The notes: a model not told the origin generated them from the sequence alone. A stretch of 64,000 nt of DNA from Octopus vulgaris (GCA_951406725.2 OX597831.1:51150001-51214000), one strand, 5' to 3'; shown: positions 1 to 13,623, numbered from the stretch's first letter. Numbers and translations: made by a program.

Positions 1-16
1 TTCTAATTTGAACTAG

Positions 17-699
17 TGGCTATAATTAAGAAGCTTGTTTCCCAACCATGTGGCTTTGGGTGCAATCCTTCTGCATGGCAGCTTGGACATGCATCTTCTA
101 CTATAGCCCCAGGATGACCAAAGTTTTGTGAGTGAATTTGGCAAACAGAAACTGAAAGAAGCTCATCATATATGTGTATGTGTACATGTGTTTTTGTGTC
201 TGCTCCTGCCCTACAGCTGCCCGGTATTGGTTTGTTTGCATCCCAATAATCTATGAGTTCAGCAAAAGAAATCAATAGAATAAGTAAGGGTAAAGACCTC
301 CTTCGGTCACGAATGATCATAGCATTGCTCCTAGAAAGTTAGCCTCTGAGGCACAAGACCAGGCAATGTTGTTTATGAAAAACCACTAGTCATCCATACA
401 CACTGGACTTCCCTCTCCATGCCACCAATGTTATCCAAGGGAAAGGCAAAGGCTGGTGCAGCTTGGCACCAGTGATGCCACAAGTCATTTCTACAGCTGA
501 GTGAACTTGAGCAACATGAAATAAAGTGTCTGGTCCGAGAATTGAAATCACTACTTCATGACTGTGAGCCCGACTCTCTAACTACTGAGCCATCTAGGTT
601 TAAAAAAAAGAAAAATAAGTACCAGAGTCAATTTTTTTCAAGGTGGCACCCAAGTATGGCCACAGTCCAATGAGTGAAACAAGTAAAAGATAAAAGATA
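17..699 (+). mobile_element. tRNA-derived SINE family A (CORE-like), decayed, interrupted by a nested SINE
   Basis: Matches the repeated family A body and tail (GAAACAAGTAAAAGA). Confidence 0.8.
290..594 (-). mobile_element. tRNA-headed SINE of a different family nested in SINE A
   Basis: Reverse strand begins ATGGCTCAGTAGTTAGAG (A-box like); body shared in part with 27308-27572. Confidence 0.65.
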
Positions 700-1294
700 G
701 AAAGAAATATATAAATGTAAACGGACAGGATTTGAACTCATGGGGCATAAAGAGACATATTACTGAAGACTGCAAGATGTATAGAGTCTGCTACACTCAC
801 ACTTCTACCATCCTAAGAATTTTCCTTTTCTTTGGAAGTGAGGTTGGGAGTAGGGACTTTCTTTTTATTTCTGTTCTTTAACATGGATAATGCATTGAAA
901 TGAAAATATGAGAAAATTTCCCATTTTCAATAGTGACTGTGAAATTTAAAGAAAGAAACAAACAAAACAAATATAATATAATATAACCCCATTTCTGAAA
1001 AACTGCAGTAAAAGCCAATGATAGGTGAAAACATTAGGATACAACTAAGATATTAGCATTTGTATGGCATATATTGGGTGCAACATTGCAGAAAATGTCA
1101 GAAATAACATTTGTTTTGTTTAGTTGGGAGTTTTTTTTTATTCTTTTCATCCTGTTAAACATTAGTTACCAGCTTTTTTTTAATATTTTCTCTCCTTTTC
1201 CCTTTTCATGTTGTTGTGGCTGGTTATTGTCACATTTTCTTTTTCATTTTAAAGAAAATAGTTGGACAGAAAACAGAAAGAATATTTTTGAATA

Positions 1295-1331
<37 letters not shown>

Positions 1332-3599
1332 TAAATAAATAGCAAAGATCAGTGCAAGCTTATGTGCATGCCTGTGTGTGTGTGTGTGTGTGTTTGCTTG
1401 CTTGGTAAAATCCCAGCATTAATATATTTTAAAAAATGAGTTTAGAAGTCTATAAATACATCTACACAAATCAGCATTCGTGCACATACTTGAGATTTAT
1501 AATATTAAAATATTAGAATTACTGTTTAGGGGGAATTTATAAATATCATCTTTGCTGGCATATAAGATGCATACTAACATGCAATACATCCCTATTTTAC
1601 AAGTATAGTTTATGGAAAAAAAAAACAAATGCGGTGTGTTCCATCATCAAACATTTATTGAGAGATATTTTGAAGTGGTTTTGTAGAGGAGAATTATGAT
1701 TCTATACATTTAAATACAATGATGTAACAGTGTACTGTAAAAAGTATGAAACTATAAATTTACCATAAATAAAGAGCAATATGGGAGTAGCATATTTCAA
1801 CATTGTCTTCTGTCAGGCCAACTGCACACTTGTCAATATTTTGATCTAGAGAATTTCCATACAGAATGTAAAACTCAAAGACATAATGTTTCATGCAGTT
1901 TCAATTGATTCCCAGAGTAGTGCTTTGGTTTTGTTGCCATCCACTCACTACAAATAGCTGACAAGTGGATGAAACTTTGACATTCCTTTCATCTTTCTAA
2001 CAGAATTGTTCATTTAGATAATTAAAACAATGTTTGCTTAAAGTAATTAAATAATGTAAGACACATTATTTAATTGGTTAGGTATGCTAGAGACAGAAGT
2101 ATAATGAGATGATGTCACCTTCCCACATAACTACAAAGGACAGCAACCAAGTTTTCATGAGTTTCAGCTAACAGTGTATGATAATTTGGCTGGTTTGCAA
2201 TCTTTTACTATTAGTAATAATCACAGTACCAAGCAGACTTACGCTCATCTGGCTCCCTAGACTATGGTACTTGATCTCCCAGTTAATAATACAGCCACAT
2301 TAGATAGAAAGCAATTTTTGGGTGCATTCAAAAATATTAATAAAAAACACCTCTTATATGCCAGCAAGTATAAGAGATATATATAATATCATCATCATTT
2401 AATGTCCACCTTCCATGCTGGCCTGAGTTGGACATTGGACAGTTTGATGGCTGTCAAACTAGAGGATTGTGCCAAACTCTGTCTGCTTGGGCATAATTTC
2501 TGTGGCTGGATATCCTTCCTAGTGTCAACCACTTTACAGAGTGTACATGGTGGCTTTTCACATGACACCAGCATGTGTGTGTGGGGAGGGTACTTATATA
2601 TGCACACACACACACACACACTATATATATATACATATGAGTCTAGAGAAAGATGGACTGCAAGAAAGATGGAGTTGCTGCTATTAGTTTTAACTATTGC
2701 AGGTCAACACCTGCAGGAAAGACATGAGCATGGAGAAGATTCCAGAAGGCCAATGTTCTGGCAAAAAGGATTGACATGCCATAAAAGTATTGGCAACAGG
2801 AAAGGCATCTAAGGTACCAACTTTGCAGCAGCAGTATGCATCTCTCACATAACCACACTGCTATTCTACACTCTGTACAACATGACCACACTACCAATCT
2901 CCACCCCACACTTCACTGCTAGATTACATTCTAAGATACAATGCCTCTTTGTCAAACTGCATTCTACAAAACAAAGCTTAGCTTTTATACTGTCATATTG
3001 TCAATCTCACTGCAACTCTGCACACCATACACATTGTAAATATTACAGATTAATGTTTGATATAATCTTGGATAGAGGTAAGCCAAAAGAAAAGATATTA
3101 AATGGGATTTGGTAACAAGAGTTAGAGATTTTATTGACAAAAACAAAGACTATTTTATTTTTTCAATTTTTTTAAAAAACTTTATTATTTTATATGCTTT
3201 TTTTCTCTCTGCAAGCATGGATGGGAAGTTTTTGATTAAATATTGATGCATTTTTGAAGCAATCATTTTTACAGCTAGAGTACAAAAGTTTTGAAGACTT
3301 GATACAATGTTTTGTTAAACAAATACACACAGTTTGTTAACTTGACCCACTGTTCATTTAATCTGAAATATTCTTTTGGTAACTAGATATATAATTTAGT
3401 ACACAAAACCTGCAATTTTCATCAATCACCTACACTGTTTTGTTAACCAAACAGTTTTGTCAACTTGCATAATATACTGTTCTGTGAATACACAGTTATG
3501 CTAACTAAATATTCTGCTTTCTTAACCAGATAAACTGTTTTCCTAATTAGATACCAATCAATCAATATTTATTATTCAAAATAAATATGGGTATAGTCA

Positions 3600-5077
3600 G
3601 TCATTGACAGACATAGTTTATTAAGGCTTTCTGCTCATCTCCATCTTCAGCCACTAGAAGCATTTCATTGAGCAACATTCTGCAGACTGCACAAATCATA
3701 CAGTGGTAAGTCGTTCTTGGTTGTTTCCTCTCACGCTTTCCACTTTGTAGGGTGTTAAGCAGCAGGCATTGTTGATAGCATTCATTGACTGAGTGTTGCA
3801 GTTGGTGACCAGTCCATCTTAGCCAGCAGACCTTTATGGGCTCATTTACTTTTTGTCAGCCATCTGGTACAGTGTATCATTGGAAACATGGTCATATTAG
3901 GATATCTTATATATTTTCCTCAGATTTCTTGTGTGTAAAGTGTTCACCATGGCCTGCCCTTTGCCAGTTCACATTTGTCACTATGTCTTGCATCCACATG
4001 TAAAAATCTGAAGACATAGAGTTTTATACATCTTTATCCTCATTGTTGGGTTAATATCAGATGTCCAAAGGAGTTGAAGCTGTGACATTGCTCCATATGT
4101 TGCTCTCCTTTTGTCTATGATGTCACAGTTTGAGTTGTGAGAGAAATAAGTTACAGTCAATCCAAGATGAGTTAATTTATCAACCCTGGATAGCTGCTTT
4201 CCATTTGCCCAAACACCTGTTGTTTCGTCTGTGTTTATATTAACAGTGATGCACTCTATCTTCTATTCACTTATTCCTAGCCCCATAGTCTTTGCTTCTC
4301 ACATGACACAATCCAAATAGTCCTTTGCTTCTATGAGGCTGGGAGCAACGAGAACAATATTATCTACAAATGTAGGATAGGCCAACTTATGTGACTCTGA
4401 TATGTGAATTCCATCCTCTGTATGGGTTGATTTATAACCACCAAAAATAGATTAGGTGTTAAGGTATCACCTTGCAGGATTTCACTCTGCGGTGTGAAGT
4501 CAGAAGACTGTTTTCCATTAACAAGGACATATGCTGTTTGATGTTCATAAAGACATCTAACTGCAGATGTTTATCTTCAAGGTATCTCTGTCCTTTCAAG
4601 AATCATAAGCATAGCATTTCTGTTGACACTGTTGAATACTTTTTGAAAATCTATGAACAGTGCAGCTATTGGGAGACACCACTCAAAGCAGGTCTCCAGT
4701 ACCCTCTTCAATGTGTGAATTTGTTCAAAGCAACTACAGTTCTTTCTAAAGCTTTTCTGATAGACACTTATATTTTTGCAATTTAACAGAAGCCTATTAA
4801 AGAGCTTTGCGCCTTGATTCACAAGACTTATTCCTTGATAGTTGGACATTTGTCGCAAATCACCTTTCTTTGGTAGTGATACTATTATTGATGACCTCCA
4901 TTCACTAGGCTGCACATTTATTATGAGAACCTTGTTGCATATGTCATTGAATGCAACTTGAGATGCTTCTCCTCTATATTTGAGTGATTCATTTACTTGA
5001 CTGAGGTTAGTACCAACTGTTTTGCCATTTGATGCTCCCTGAAGTACAACAAGCAATTCAGATATCGCATATTTCAT
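3600..5077 (-). mobile_element. RTE-clade LINE reverse transcriptase remnant plus 3' end
   Basis: Translation has LPKKGDL..NYQGISL, Q.SFRKN.SC.EQI.TL, FIDFQKVFNSV; stops and frameshifts downstream. Confidence 0.85.
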
Positions 5078-5913
5078 TAACCAAATACCCTATTTTGTTA
5101 ACTAAACACATTGTTTCCTTAATTAGTTACACTGTTTTGTTAACTAACCAGATACAATGTTCCATTAACTAGTCACAGTGCTTTGTTAATAAAATACTCT
5201 ATTCTCTTAACTAGATAACTTTTTTGTTAAACAGTTTTATTAAGTAGACAGTTTTATTAGCTAGACTAGATACAGTGCTTCCTAAACTAGACACATCATA
5301 TCATTAATTAAATATACAGTTTTGTTGTTAACAAGATGTTTCATTTATGAGACATTGATTTGTTGACTACATACAATGTTTCAATAACTTTTTAGAGTTT
5401 CTTTACTTAGCTATAGTGGTTTGTTCACTAGACAAATTTTGTTACACAGATACAATATTCTGTTCAATTCAAAAACTAGACTGTATTGTGAACTAGATAT
5501 AGTATTAACAAGACACAATGTTGTGACAACTATATCTTGTTTTGTTGTTTATTTTGTTAAACTAACAACAAACACAATTCTGTGAACTAGATACATTGTT
5601 ATATTAACAAGGTACACTGTTTTTGTTGAACAGATACACAGTTTTCTGAACTGGATACACAGTTTTGTTACATCAATACACTGTTTCATTAATTAGATAT
5701 ATTGTTGTCTGCATTTTTAAATAAACACACTGTTTTAGTGAATAACCACACTGCTTGGTTACATAGATACACTGTTTTGTTAACAATGTTAATAAAAGTG
5801 ATATAAAAGTGTTTCTTCAAACAGATACAATGCTTTACTATCTCTACACTCTATTTTGTTAATTAGATAAATAATTCTAAAACATTGTTTTAGTAAATAA
5901 GTACACTGTTTTA

Positions 5914-6346
5914 GGCACAGGTGTGGCTGTGTGGTAAGAAGCTTACTTCCCAGCCATATGGTTCTGGATTCAGTGCCACTGTGTGGAACCTTGGGCAAAT
6001 GTGTTCTATTATAGCTTTGAGCTGACCAAAGCCTTGTTAGTGAATTTGGTAGTTGGAAACTGAAAGAAGCCCATCATATAAATAGATATATGTGTGTATA
6101 TATATCTATGTGTGTGTCTTTGTGTTGGTGTTTGTCCCTCCCATCACCGCTTGACACCCAGTGTTGGTGTGTTTACATCCCTGTAACTTAGCAGTTCAGC
6201 ATAAGAGACCAGCAGAATAAGTACTAGGCTTAAGAAAAGAAATAGTTCTGGGGTCAATTTGTTTGACTAAAACCCTTCAATGCAGTGCCCCAGCATGACT
6301 GCAGTGGAAATGATTGAAACAAGTAAAAGATAAAAAAGATAAAAGA
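5914..6346 (+). mobile_element. SINE family A, full length
   Basis: tRNA-like head GGCACAGGTGTGGCTGTGTGGTAAG, CORE-like ACCTTGGGCAA, central TA/TG microsatellite, AAAAGAT tail. Confidence 0.9.
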
Positions 6347-6580
6347 CACACAATTATGTTAACTAAATACATTAGTTTGTAAGTGCAGACATAAGCTGCT
6401 CTGTCATGGGAATAAACAGTTTTACTAACTCAATACACTGCTTTGTTAAGCAGATACACAATCTTCTTAAACAGACATGGTTTTGTTAAAACTAGACAGA
6501 CAGTTCTGTTAGGCACTATTTGGTTAACTAGATGTACAGTCTTATTAATCTGATATGCTGTTTTGCATCTAGTTGGCAGA

Positions 6581-7695
6581 CAATTCTGTTAACTAGACAC
6601 AAGGTTTAGTTAACTACATACATAGTTCTGTTAACTAGACACAAGGTTTAGTTAACTACATGCACAGTTATGCTAACTAGACACAAGGTTTAGATAACTG
6701 CATACTCAGTTTTGTAAACTAGACACAAAGTTTAGTTAACTACATACACAGTTTTGTTAACTAGACACAAGGTTTAGTTAACTACATACACAGTTCTGTT
6801 AACTGGACACAAGGTTTAGTTAACTACATACACAGTTTTGTTAACTAGACACAAGGTTTAGTTAACTACATACACAGTTTTGTTAACTAGACACAAGGTT
6901 TAGTTAACTACATACACAGTTCTAAACTATATACACAGTTCTGTTAACTAGACACAAAGTTTAGTTAACTACATACACAGTTATGTTAACTGGACACAAG
7001 GTTTAGTTAACTACATACACATTTATGTTAACTAGACACAAGGTTTAGTCAACTACATACACAATTATGTTAACTAGACACAAGGTTTAGTCAACTACAT
7101 ACACAGTTCTGTTAACTAGACACAAAGTTTAGTTAAACTATATATACAGTTCTGTTAACTAGACACTAAGTTTAGTTAACTACATACACAGTTATGTTAA
7201 CTGGACACAAGGTCTAGTTAAACTATATACACAGTTCTGTTAACTAGACACTAAGTTTAGTTAACTACATACACAGTTCTGTTAACTGGACACTAAGTTT
7301 AGTTAACTACATACACAGTTCTGTTAACTAGACACAAAGTTTAGTTAACTACATACACAGTTTTGTTAACTGGACACAAGGTTTAGTTAACTACATACAC
7401 ATTTATGTTAACTAGACACAAGGTTTAGTCAACTACATACACAATTATGTTAACTAGACACAAGGTTTAGTCAACTACATACACAGTTCTGTTAACTAGA
7501 CACAAAGTTTAGTTAAACTATATATACAGTTCTGTTAACTAGACACTAAGTTTAGTTAACTACATACACAGTTATGTTAACTGGACACAAGGTCTAGTTA
7601 AACTATATACACAGTTCTGTTAACTTGACACAAAGTTTAGTTAACTACGTAAACAGTTCTGTAAACCAGGCACGAGATTTAGTTAACTACATACA
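6581..7695. repeat. Minisatellite, 42-bp unit (CAGTTCTGTTAACTAGACACA AGGTTTAGTTAACTACATACA) built of two 21-bp subunits
   Basis: About 26 near-identical tandem copies visible directly. Confidence 0.97.
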
Positions 7696-8019
7696 TCGTT
7701 CATTCCAACGTATGTTGTATCTGAAAATTTTGACAGGACGAATGTGGCTGCAAGCATAGTTATTTATGCTCAATGACAGCTCATGTGAAGCCAAATACAA
7801 ACAGCAACAATGCACTGGATTTTATTTAAAGGTTCAGAGCTTGTAAACATGTTCTTAGTATTTCAATACTTTAGTCAATATGTCATGTGTTACAAGCAGG
7901 GAAGATTAACAGAAAAAAATTCAAAGCTGCTTCAACACAAAAACTATAAATATCAAAACTAACGGATGACAACAACAACAACAGCAACAACAACTGGGAT
8001 CGTTATACATGAGGACAAT

Positions 8020-8720
8020 GATGATGATAATGATGATCATGGTGATTACTATTATTTATTATTTATAAAAATATTACAATATTTTCTTCTGTTCTAAAAT
8101 TCTTTATGATCGCTGTCAGTTTACATCATCACCATCATCACCTTCATCACCAACATTAACACCATCATCATCCTCATCATCACAATCATCTTTATCACCA
8201 TCATCACTAGCAGCAGCATCTCCATCATCATTACTATCATCAACATTACTGTTCTCATCATCACAATCATCTTCATCAACATGGTTATCATCACCATAAT
8301 CATCATCACCTTTGGTACCACTTCAGTCACCAATACCATTAATATTAGCACAATGATCACTGCTACCATTAAAATCACCATTATATTACCAATAATAATA
8401 ATAATAATAATAATTATTATTATTATTATTATTATTATTAACAATAATAATAATGGTGATGATGATGATGATGGTGATGATGAAGATAATAATAATCACT
8501 GCCATTATCATCATCAGCTTCACCATCACCAACATATTTATCATTATCACCACCTTCATCACCATTATAATCACTAGCAGCAGCGGCACTATTACCATCA
8601 GTACCGTCATCAGCATCACAATCTCTGTTATCATCACCTTCACCACCACCACCACCACCACCACCAGATGTACCTCCCACCCTATCATCTCCATCAGCAT
8701 AGTCACCATCATTGCCACGA
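8020..8720. repeat. Degenerate (CAT/CAC/AAT)n low-complexity tract
   Basis: Trinucleotide composition; source of the poly-I/M/H ORFs. Confidence 0.9.
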
Positions 8721-9065
8721 TCTCAATACCACACAGCCTACATAAGAAATATACTAAGTTCTTCTGACACTTCTAATATTATTCAAATATAAAAGGAATA
8801 TAATAAAAAAAAAGACAATAAGTTACGAGATATAGAGCAAAAAAAAATATTTTAAAAATCTCAGCTGTCTGTCAAAGACCTAACAATAAATAATAAAATG
8901 AATAAAAAAATAATATAAATAAATATTGAAATGATTGCAGCTCCATAACAAATCAACTTGAAAACAATACAAAACTCTAATCCTACAGTGAAACAATGCA
9001 TTACAATGCATGATAGATTTTTGTTTTGTTTTGTTTTTGTCGTAATCAATAATCAATATATTGTG

Positions 9066-9454
9066 GAGGCGCAATGGCCCAGTGGTTAAGGCAGCGGACT
9101 CGCGGTCGTAGGATCGCGATTTCGATTCCCAGACCAGGCGTTGTGAGTGTTTATTGAGCGAAAACACCTAAAGCTCCACGAGGCTCTGGCAGGGGATGGT
9201 GGTGATCCCTGCTGTACTCTTTCACCACAACTTTCTCTCACTCTTACTTCCTGTTTCTGTTGTACCTGTATTTCAAAGGGCCGGCCTTGTCACTCTCTGT
9301 TTCATGCTGAATATCCCTGAGAACTACGTTAAGAGTACACGTGTCTGTGGAGTGCTCAGCTACTTACACGTTAATTTCACGAGCAGGCTGTTCCGTTGAT
9401 TGGATCAACCGGAACCCTCATTGTCGTAACCGACGGAGTGCTTCCAAAATCCAA
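9066..9454 (+). mobile_element. tRNA-derived SINE family B with 15-bp TSD
   Basis: A box TGGCCCAGTGG, B box TTTCGATTCC; TSD AATCAATATATTGTG at 9051-9065 and 9455-9469. Confidence 0.88.
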
Positions 9455-9585
9455 AATCAATATATTGTGTGTGTGTGTGTGAATATAGGTGCAGGCATGG
9501 CTGTGTGTGCGGAGCTTGCTTCCCAGCCACATGGTTCCGGACTCAGTTCCACTGCGTGGCACCCCGGGCAAGGGTCATATAAGTA

Positions 9586-10338
9586 CAGTCATCACTAAAG
9601 TGACAGAGGCTACTAGTGAGCACCAGCATTACTAGAAATGAGAATCTAAAAACAACTCTTAGCCACTAAGAGCACTTTTCTAATGACTGACAAGGAAGAC
9701 AAGCCCCCCCACACACACCTATGACGACGGAGTAGTGGGTCACTGATGAAGATTAATCAAATCTGAAATCAATGGAAGAATTGACTTCATCTTGCTTGCC
9801 ATAGGTGGGGAACTTGTGTCCCTTGTCAATCATTAGAAAAGTGCTCTCAGTGGCAAAGAGTTGTTTTGACAAGGCGACAAGCTGGTAGAAATGTTAGCTT
9901 GCCAGATGAAATGCTTAGTGGTATTTCATCTGCTGCGAAGTTCTGAGTTCAAATTCCGCCAAGGTCGACTTTGCTTTTCCTCTTTTCAGGGTCGATTAAA
10001 ATAAGCACCAGTTATGCGCTGGGGTCAATATAATCGACTTAATCTGTTTGTCTGTCCTTGTTTGTCCTCTCTGTGTTTAGCCCCTTATGGGTAGTAAAGA
10101 AATAGGTATTTCATCTGTCTTTACATTCTGAGTTCAAATTCCACCGAGGTCAACTTTGCCTTTCATCCTTTCGGAGTTGATAAATTAAGTACCAATTGCA
10201 TACTGGGATCAATCTAATCAACTGGCCCCTCCCCAAAAATTTTTGGCCTTATGCTTAGAGTAGAAAAGAGTTGTTTTGACTCTTATTTCTAGCAATGCTG
10301 TTGCTCACTAGCACCCTCCATCACTTCAGTGACAACTA
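9586..10338. mobile_element. Palindromic MITE-like element, ~135-bp inverted arms around an ~80-bp spacer; right arm split by a SINE
   Basis: 9586-9722 is the reverse complement of 9801-9870 plus 10281-10338; left end TA|CAGT (Tc1/mariner-like). Confidence 0.8.
9871..10264 (+). mobile_element. SINE family C, dimeric, with 16-bp TSD
   Basis: TSD AAAGAGTTGTTTTGAC at 9855-9870 and 10265-10280; two copies of the GTTCAAATTCC..CCTTTCATCCTTTCGG core. Confidence 0.9.
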
Positions 10339-10448
10339 TACTTGTTGCCTTTCAGTTGTAAATTGTGAATAGCCTCTTTAATAATTTGCACACACACATA
10401 AATATACAATGGGTGTTGCTCAGTTTCTGTCAAGACACTTGCTCAAGG

Positions 10449-10645
10449 TGTAATGGCCCAGTGATTAGGGCAGCAGACTCGTGGTCGGAGGATCGCGGTT
10501 TCAATTCCTCAACCGGGCGTTGTGTGTGTTTACTGAGCAAAAACACCTAAAAGCTCCACGAGGCTCCGGCATGGGGTGGTGGCGACCCCTGTTGTACTCT
10601 TTCAACCCAACTTTCTCTCACTCTCTCTTCCTGTTTCTTGAGTAA
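10449..10645 (+). mobile_element. SINE family B, 3'-truncated
   Basis: Same head as 9066. Confidence 0.85.
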
Positions 10646-11230
10646 GTGTCTTGACAGAAACTGAGCAACACTCATTGTATATATGTGTGTGTGTGGAAAT
10701 TCAGCCCTGCATGCAGTAGGGCTGAACTGAGAACCATGTGGTTAAAAAGCAAGCTTCTTACCATACAGTTACCTATATACCATACATCCTAAAGTTCAGC
10801 ATCTTGTGAGAACAAGTGGAATAAAAATAATAAAATCCCTTACTTGAAAAACAAGCAAGCATAAACAGCAGCAAGAACATTCAGTCATAAAATACCATGT
10901 CAATAAGTCTCCATCCAAACTTAATGTCTGCATGGAAAAGTATTTGTATAAATAAAACAGAATTAGCTGAAACATGTGAATGAGTGCATGGAGGCATACA
11001 TGTGGAAAACCAGAACCAAGTTTCCCTCAAATAACACCTTAGTATCTTACTGGAAAAAAAAAACACAAAATGAATACAATATATGAGATAATGTTGCTTT
11101 ACATACCCATAAAAAGGACTGGAATGTTACTGGAACATCTCTGATCATAAATCTGGTCAGTCAATAAGAGTTTAAGAGAAACAACAACAACACAGCCAAA
11201 AATATAAGTAAAAGAACAACAAAATATTAC

Positions 11231-11299
11231 CTGCTGCTTCCCTGGATAATTAACCATATTCTGACCAATAACGTCAAGGATTTCTTTCTGACCTCCTTT
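11231..11299 (-). CDS. Host gene internal exon D (69 nt, phase 0/0): KGGQKEILDVIGQNMVNYPGKQQ
   Basis: Long pyrimidine tract ending ttttatttag|AAA, donor CAG|gtaata; continues the PTB-like pattern (G..GG...I...I). Confidence 0.85.
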
Positions 11300-11352
11300 C
11301 TAAATAAAAGAAAGAAGAAAAAAAGAAAAAGATAAAGAAAGAAAGATATATC

Positions 11353-11733
11353 AGGCATGGCTGTGTGGTAAGAAGCTTGCTTCTCGACCACATGGTTCCG
11401 GGTTCCTTGGACAAGTGTCTTCTGCTATAGCCTCAGGTCAACCAAAGTCTTGTAAGTGGATTTGGTAAACAGAAACTGAAAGAAGCCCGTTGTTGTGTGT
11501 GTGTGTGTGTGTGTATGTCTCAGCATCTGTGTCTGTCCTGCACCACCACTTAAACAACCAGTGTTGGTGTGTTTACTTTCCCATAGCTTAGCAGTTCGGC
11601 AAAAGTGAATGATAGAATAAGTACTAAGCTTAAGAAAAAAGGTCCTGGGGTCGACTTGTTTAATTAAAACCCTTCAAGGTGGTGCCCCAGCATGGCCGCA
11701 GCCAAATGATTGAAACAAGTAAAAGATAAAAGA
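11353..11733 (+). mobile_element. SINE family A
   Basis: Head, body and tail match the family. Confidence 0.88.
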
Positions 11734-12049
11734 ATATGAATTTCTTTATTGAGAAATGGCTGTGTAGTTAAGAAGTTTACATCTCAACCAAAATAAATGT
11801 CGGAGGCAGATGAAGAATCATAGCTAAGCCAGTTGGAAAAGAGGGGAAATAGTGACAAAGTTGTATCAGGGCATACAAGTTACATGATGTTGAATATAAG
11901 AGAAATGGTAGGCTTTGTTCCTACTTAAGAGATCATGTGGGGAAAAAAATGGCATCAATGCTCTGTAGCATTTTCACAAATGAGCAACTATTTTCAGAAG
12001 TGAAATACATGAAAAGTAAGTTAAGAACATGAATTACTGATGGCCATTT

Positions 12050-12340
12050 GGGAGGCACAATGGCCCAGTGGTTAGGGCAGCGGACTCACAGTCGGAGGAT
12101 CACGGTTTCAAATCCCAGACCAGGCGTTGTGTGTGTTTATTGAGCGAAAACCCCTAAAGCGACCCCTGTTGTACTCTTTCGCCCCAACTTTCTCTCACTC
12201 TCTCTTCCTGTTTCTTGAGTAATGCTGCGATGGACTGGCGTCCCGTCCAGCTGGTGGGGAACACATACACCACAAAAACCAGGAAAACCAGGCCCATGAG
12301 CCTGGCTAGGCTTGAAAAGGGCACATAATAAAATAATAAT
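12050..12340 (+). mobile_element. SINE family B with internal deletion
   Basis: GGAGGCACAATGGCCCAGTGGTTAGGGC head; AAT-rich tail. Confidence 0.85.
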
Positions 12341-12825
12341 AAATTTGGGAAAATAGCCAATTGTGCTTCTAACTTCATATAATCTATCATTTCAAGCCCC
12401 AGACAGCGTCAAGTATCAAGTATCATAATATTCCCACAACAGAAGAGTGTTAATGCTGCTCTCCCTGATAAAGAGGATTGTCTGCCTGAGCCCTCTGTTG
12501 GTGCCAGGTTAAAAGCACTCCTGCCAGTGCCACTTAAGAGCACTCATGTCAGTGCCATGTTAAACGAACCCAGCACACACTATAAAGTGGTTGGTGTTAG
12601 GAAGGGCATCCAGCTGTAGAAACCATGCCAAATCAGACTGGAACCTAGTGCAGCTCACCTGTTCGTTGGCTCTGGTCAAACTGCCAAACCCAAGCCAACA
12701 CAGAAAACAAACGTTAAAGGAGGAGGAGGAGGGGGAGGAGGAGGATGTTCGTTGTGACATAGATGTCAACTTAAACTAAACTTAATTATAATTTTGTTTC
12801 ATAATCATTACCTTCGCTTATTTAG

Positions 12826-13593
12826 CTTTTACTTGTTTCAGCCATTGACTGCAGCCATGTTGGAGTACTAGCTTAGTGGTTTTAGTGAAACAAATTGACC
12901 CCAGTATTTATACACATTTTAGAGTCTGGTACTTATTCTATCAGTCTTTTTTTTGCCAGATTGTTAAGTTAGGGGGACGTAAACAAACCAACATCAGGTG
13001 CAGGTGGGGCTGTATGGTAAGTAGCTTGCTTACCAACCACATGGTTCTGGGCTCAGTCCCACTGCGTGGCACCTTGGGCAGGTGTCTTCTACTATAGCCT
13101 CGGGCTGACCAAAGCCTTGTGAGTGGATTTGGTAGACGGAAAACTGAAAGAAGCCCGTCGTATGTGTGTATGTGTTTGTCCCCACAACATCACTTGACAA
13201 CTGATGCTGGTGTGTTTATGTCCCTGTCACTTAGCGGTTCGGCAAGAGAAACCAATAGAATAAGTACTAGGCTTACAAAGAATAAGTCCTGGGGTCGATT
13301 TCCTCGACTAAAGGTGGTGCCCCAGCATGGCCACAGTCAAATGACTGAAACAAATAAAAGAAATTAAAGAAAAGAAGTTGTCAAATGGTGTGGTGAAGAC
13401 AAAAGCAGACACAAAAACATACACACAGACAGATACAGAGAGAGATATGACCTTCCACACAGCTTCCATCTGCCAAATTCACTCACAGGTCTCTAGTAGA
13501 AGACATTTACCCAAGGCGCTATGCAGTGGGACTGAACCCAAAACAACATGGTTAGAAATTGAGCTTCTTAACCACATAGTCATGTCTGTGCCT
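12826..13593 (-). mobile_element. Old SINE A copy containing a younger opposite-strand SINE A (12997-13376)
   Basis: The two halves of the minus copy flank a complete plus copy. Confidence 0.8.
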
Positions 13594-13623
13594 TTATCAA
13601 TTCTAAAATATAATATGATTCAA

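Noticed and set aside
2236-2330. Sm-site-like AATTTTTGG and a donor-like GTAAGT on the minus strand
   Set aside because: No recognisable snRNA body and no acceptor/open frame continuing the PTB domain
6581-7695. Regular repeat array as CRISPR
   Set aside because: No unique spacers, eukaryotic context, no cas genes; it is a minisatellite
9066-9140. Functional tRNA genes (also 12050, 27308, 35146, 42627)
   Set aside because: Heads continue into SINE bodies, acceptor stems do not close and TSDs are present
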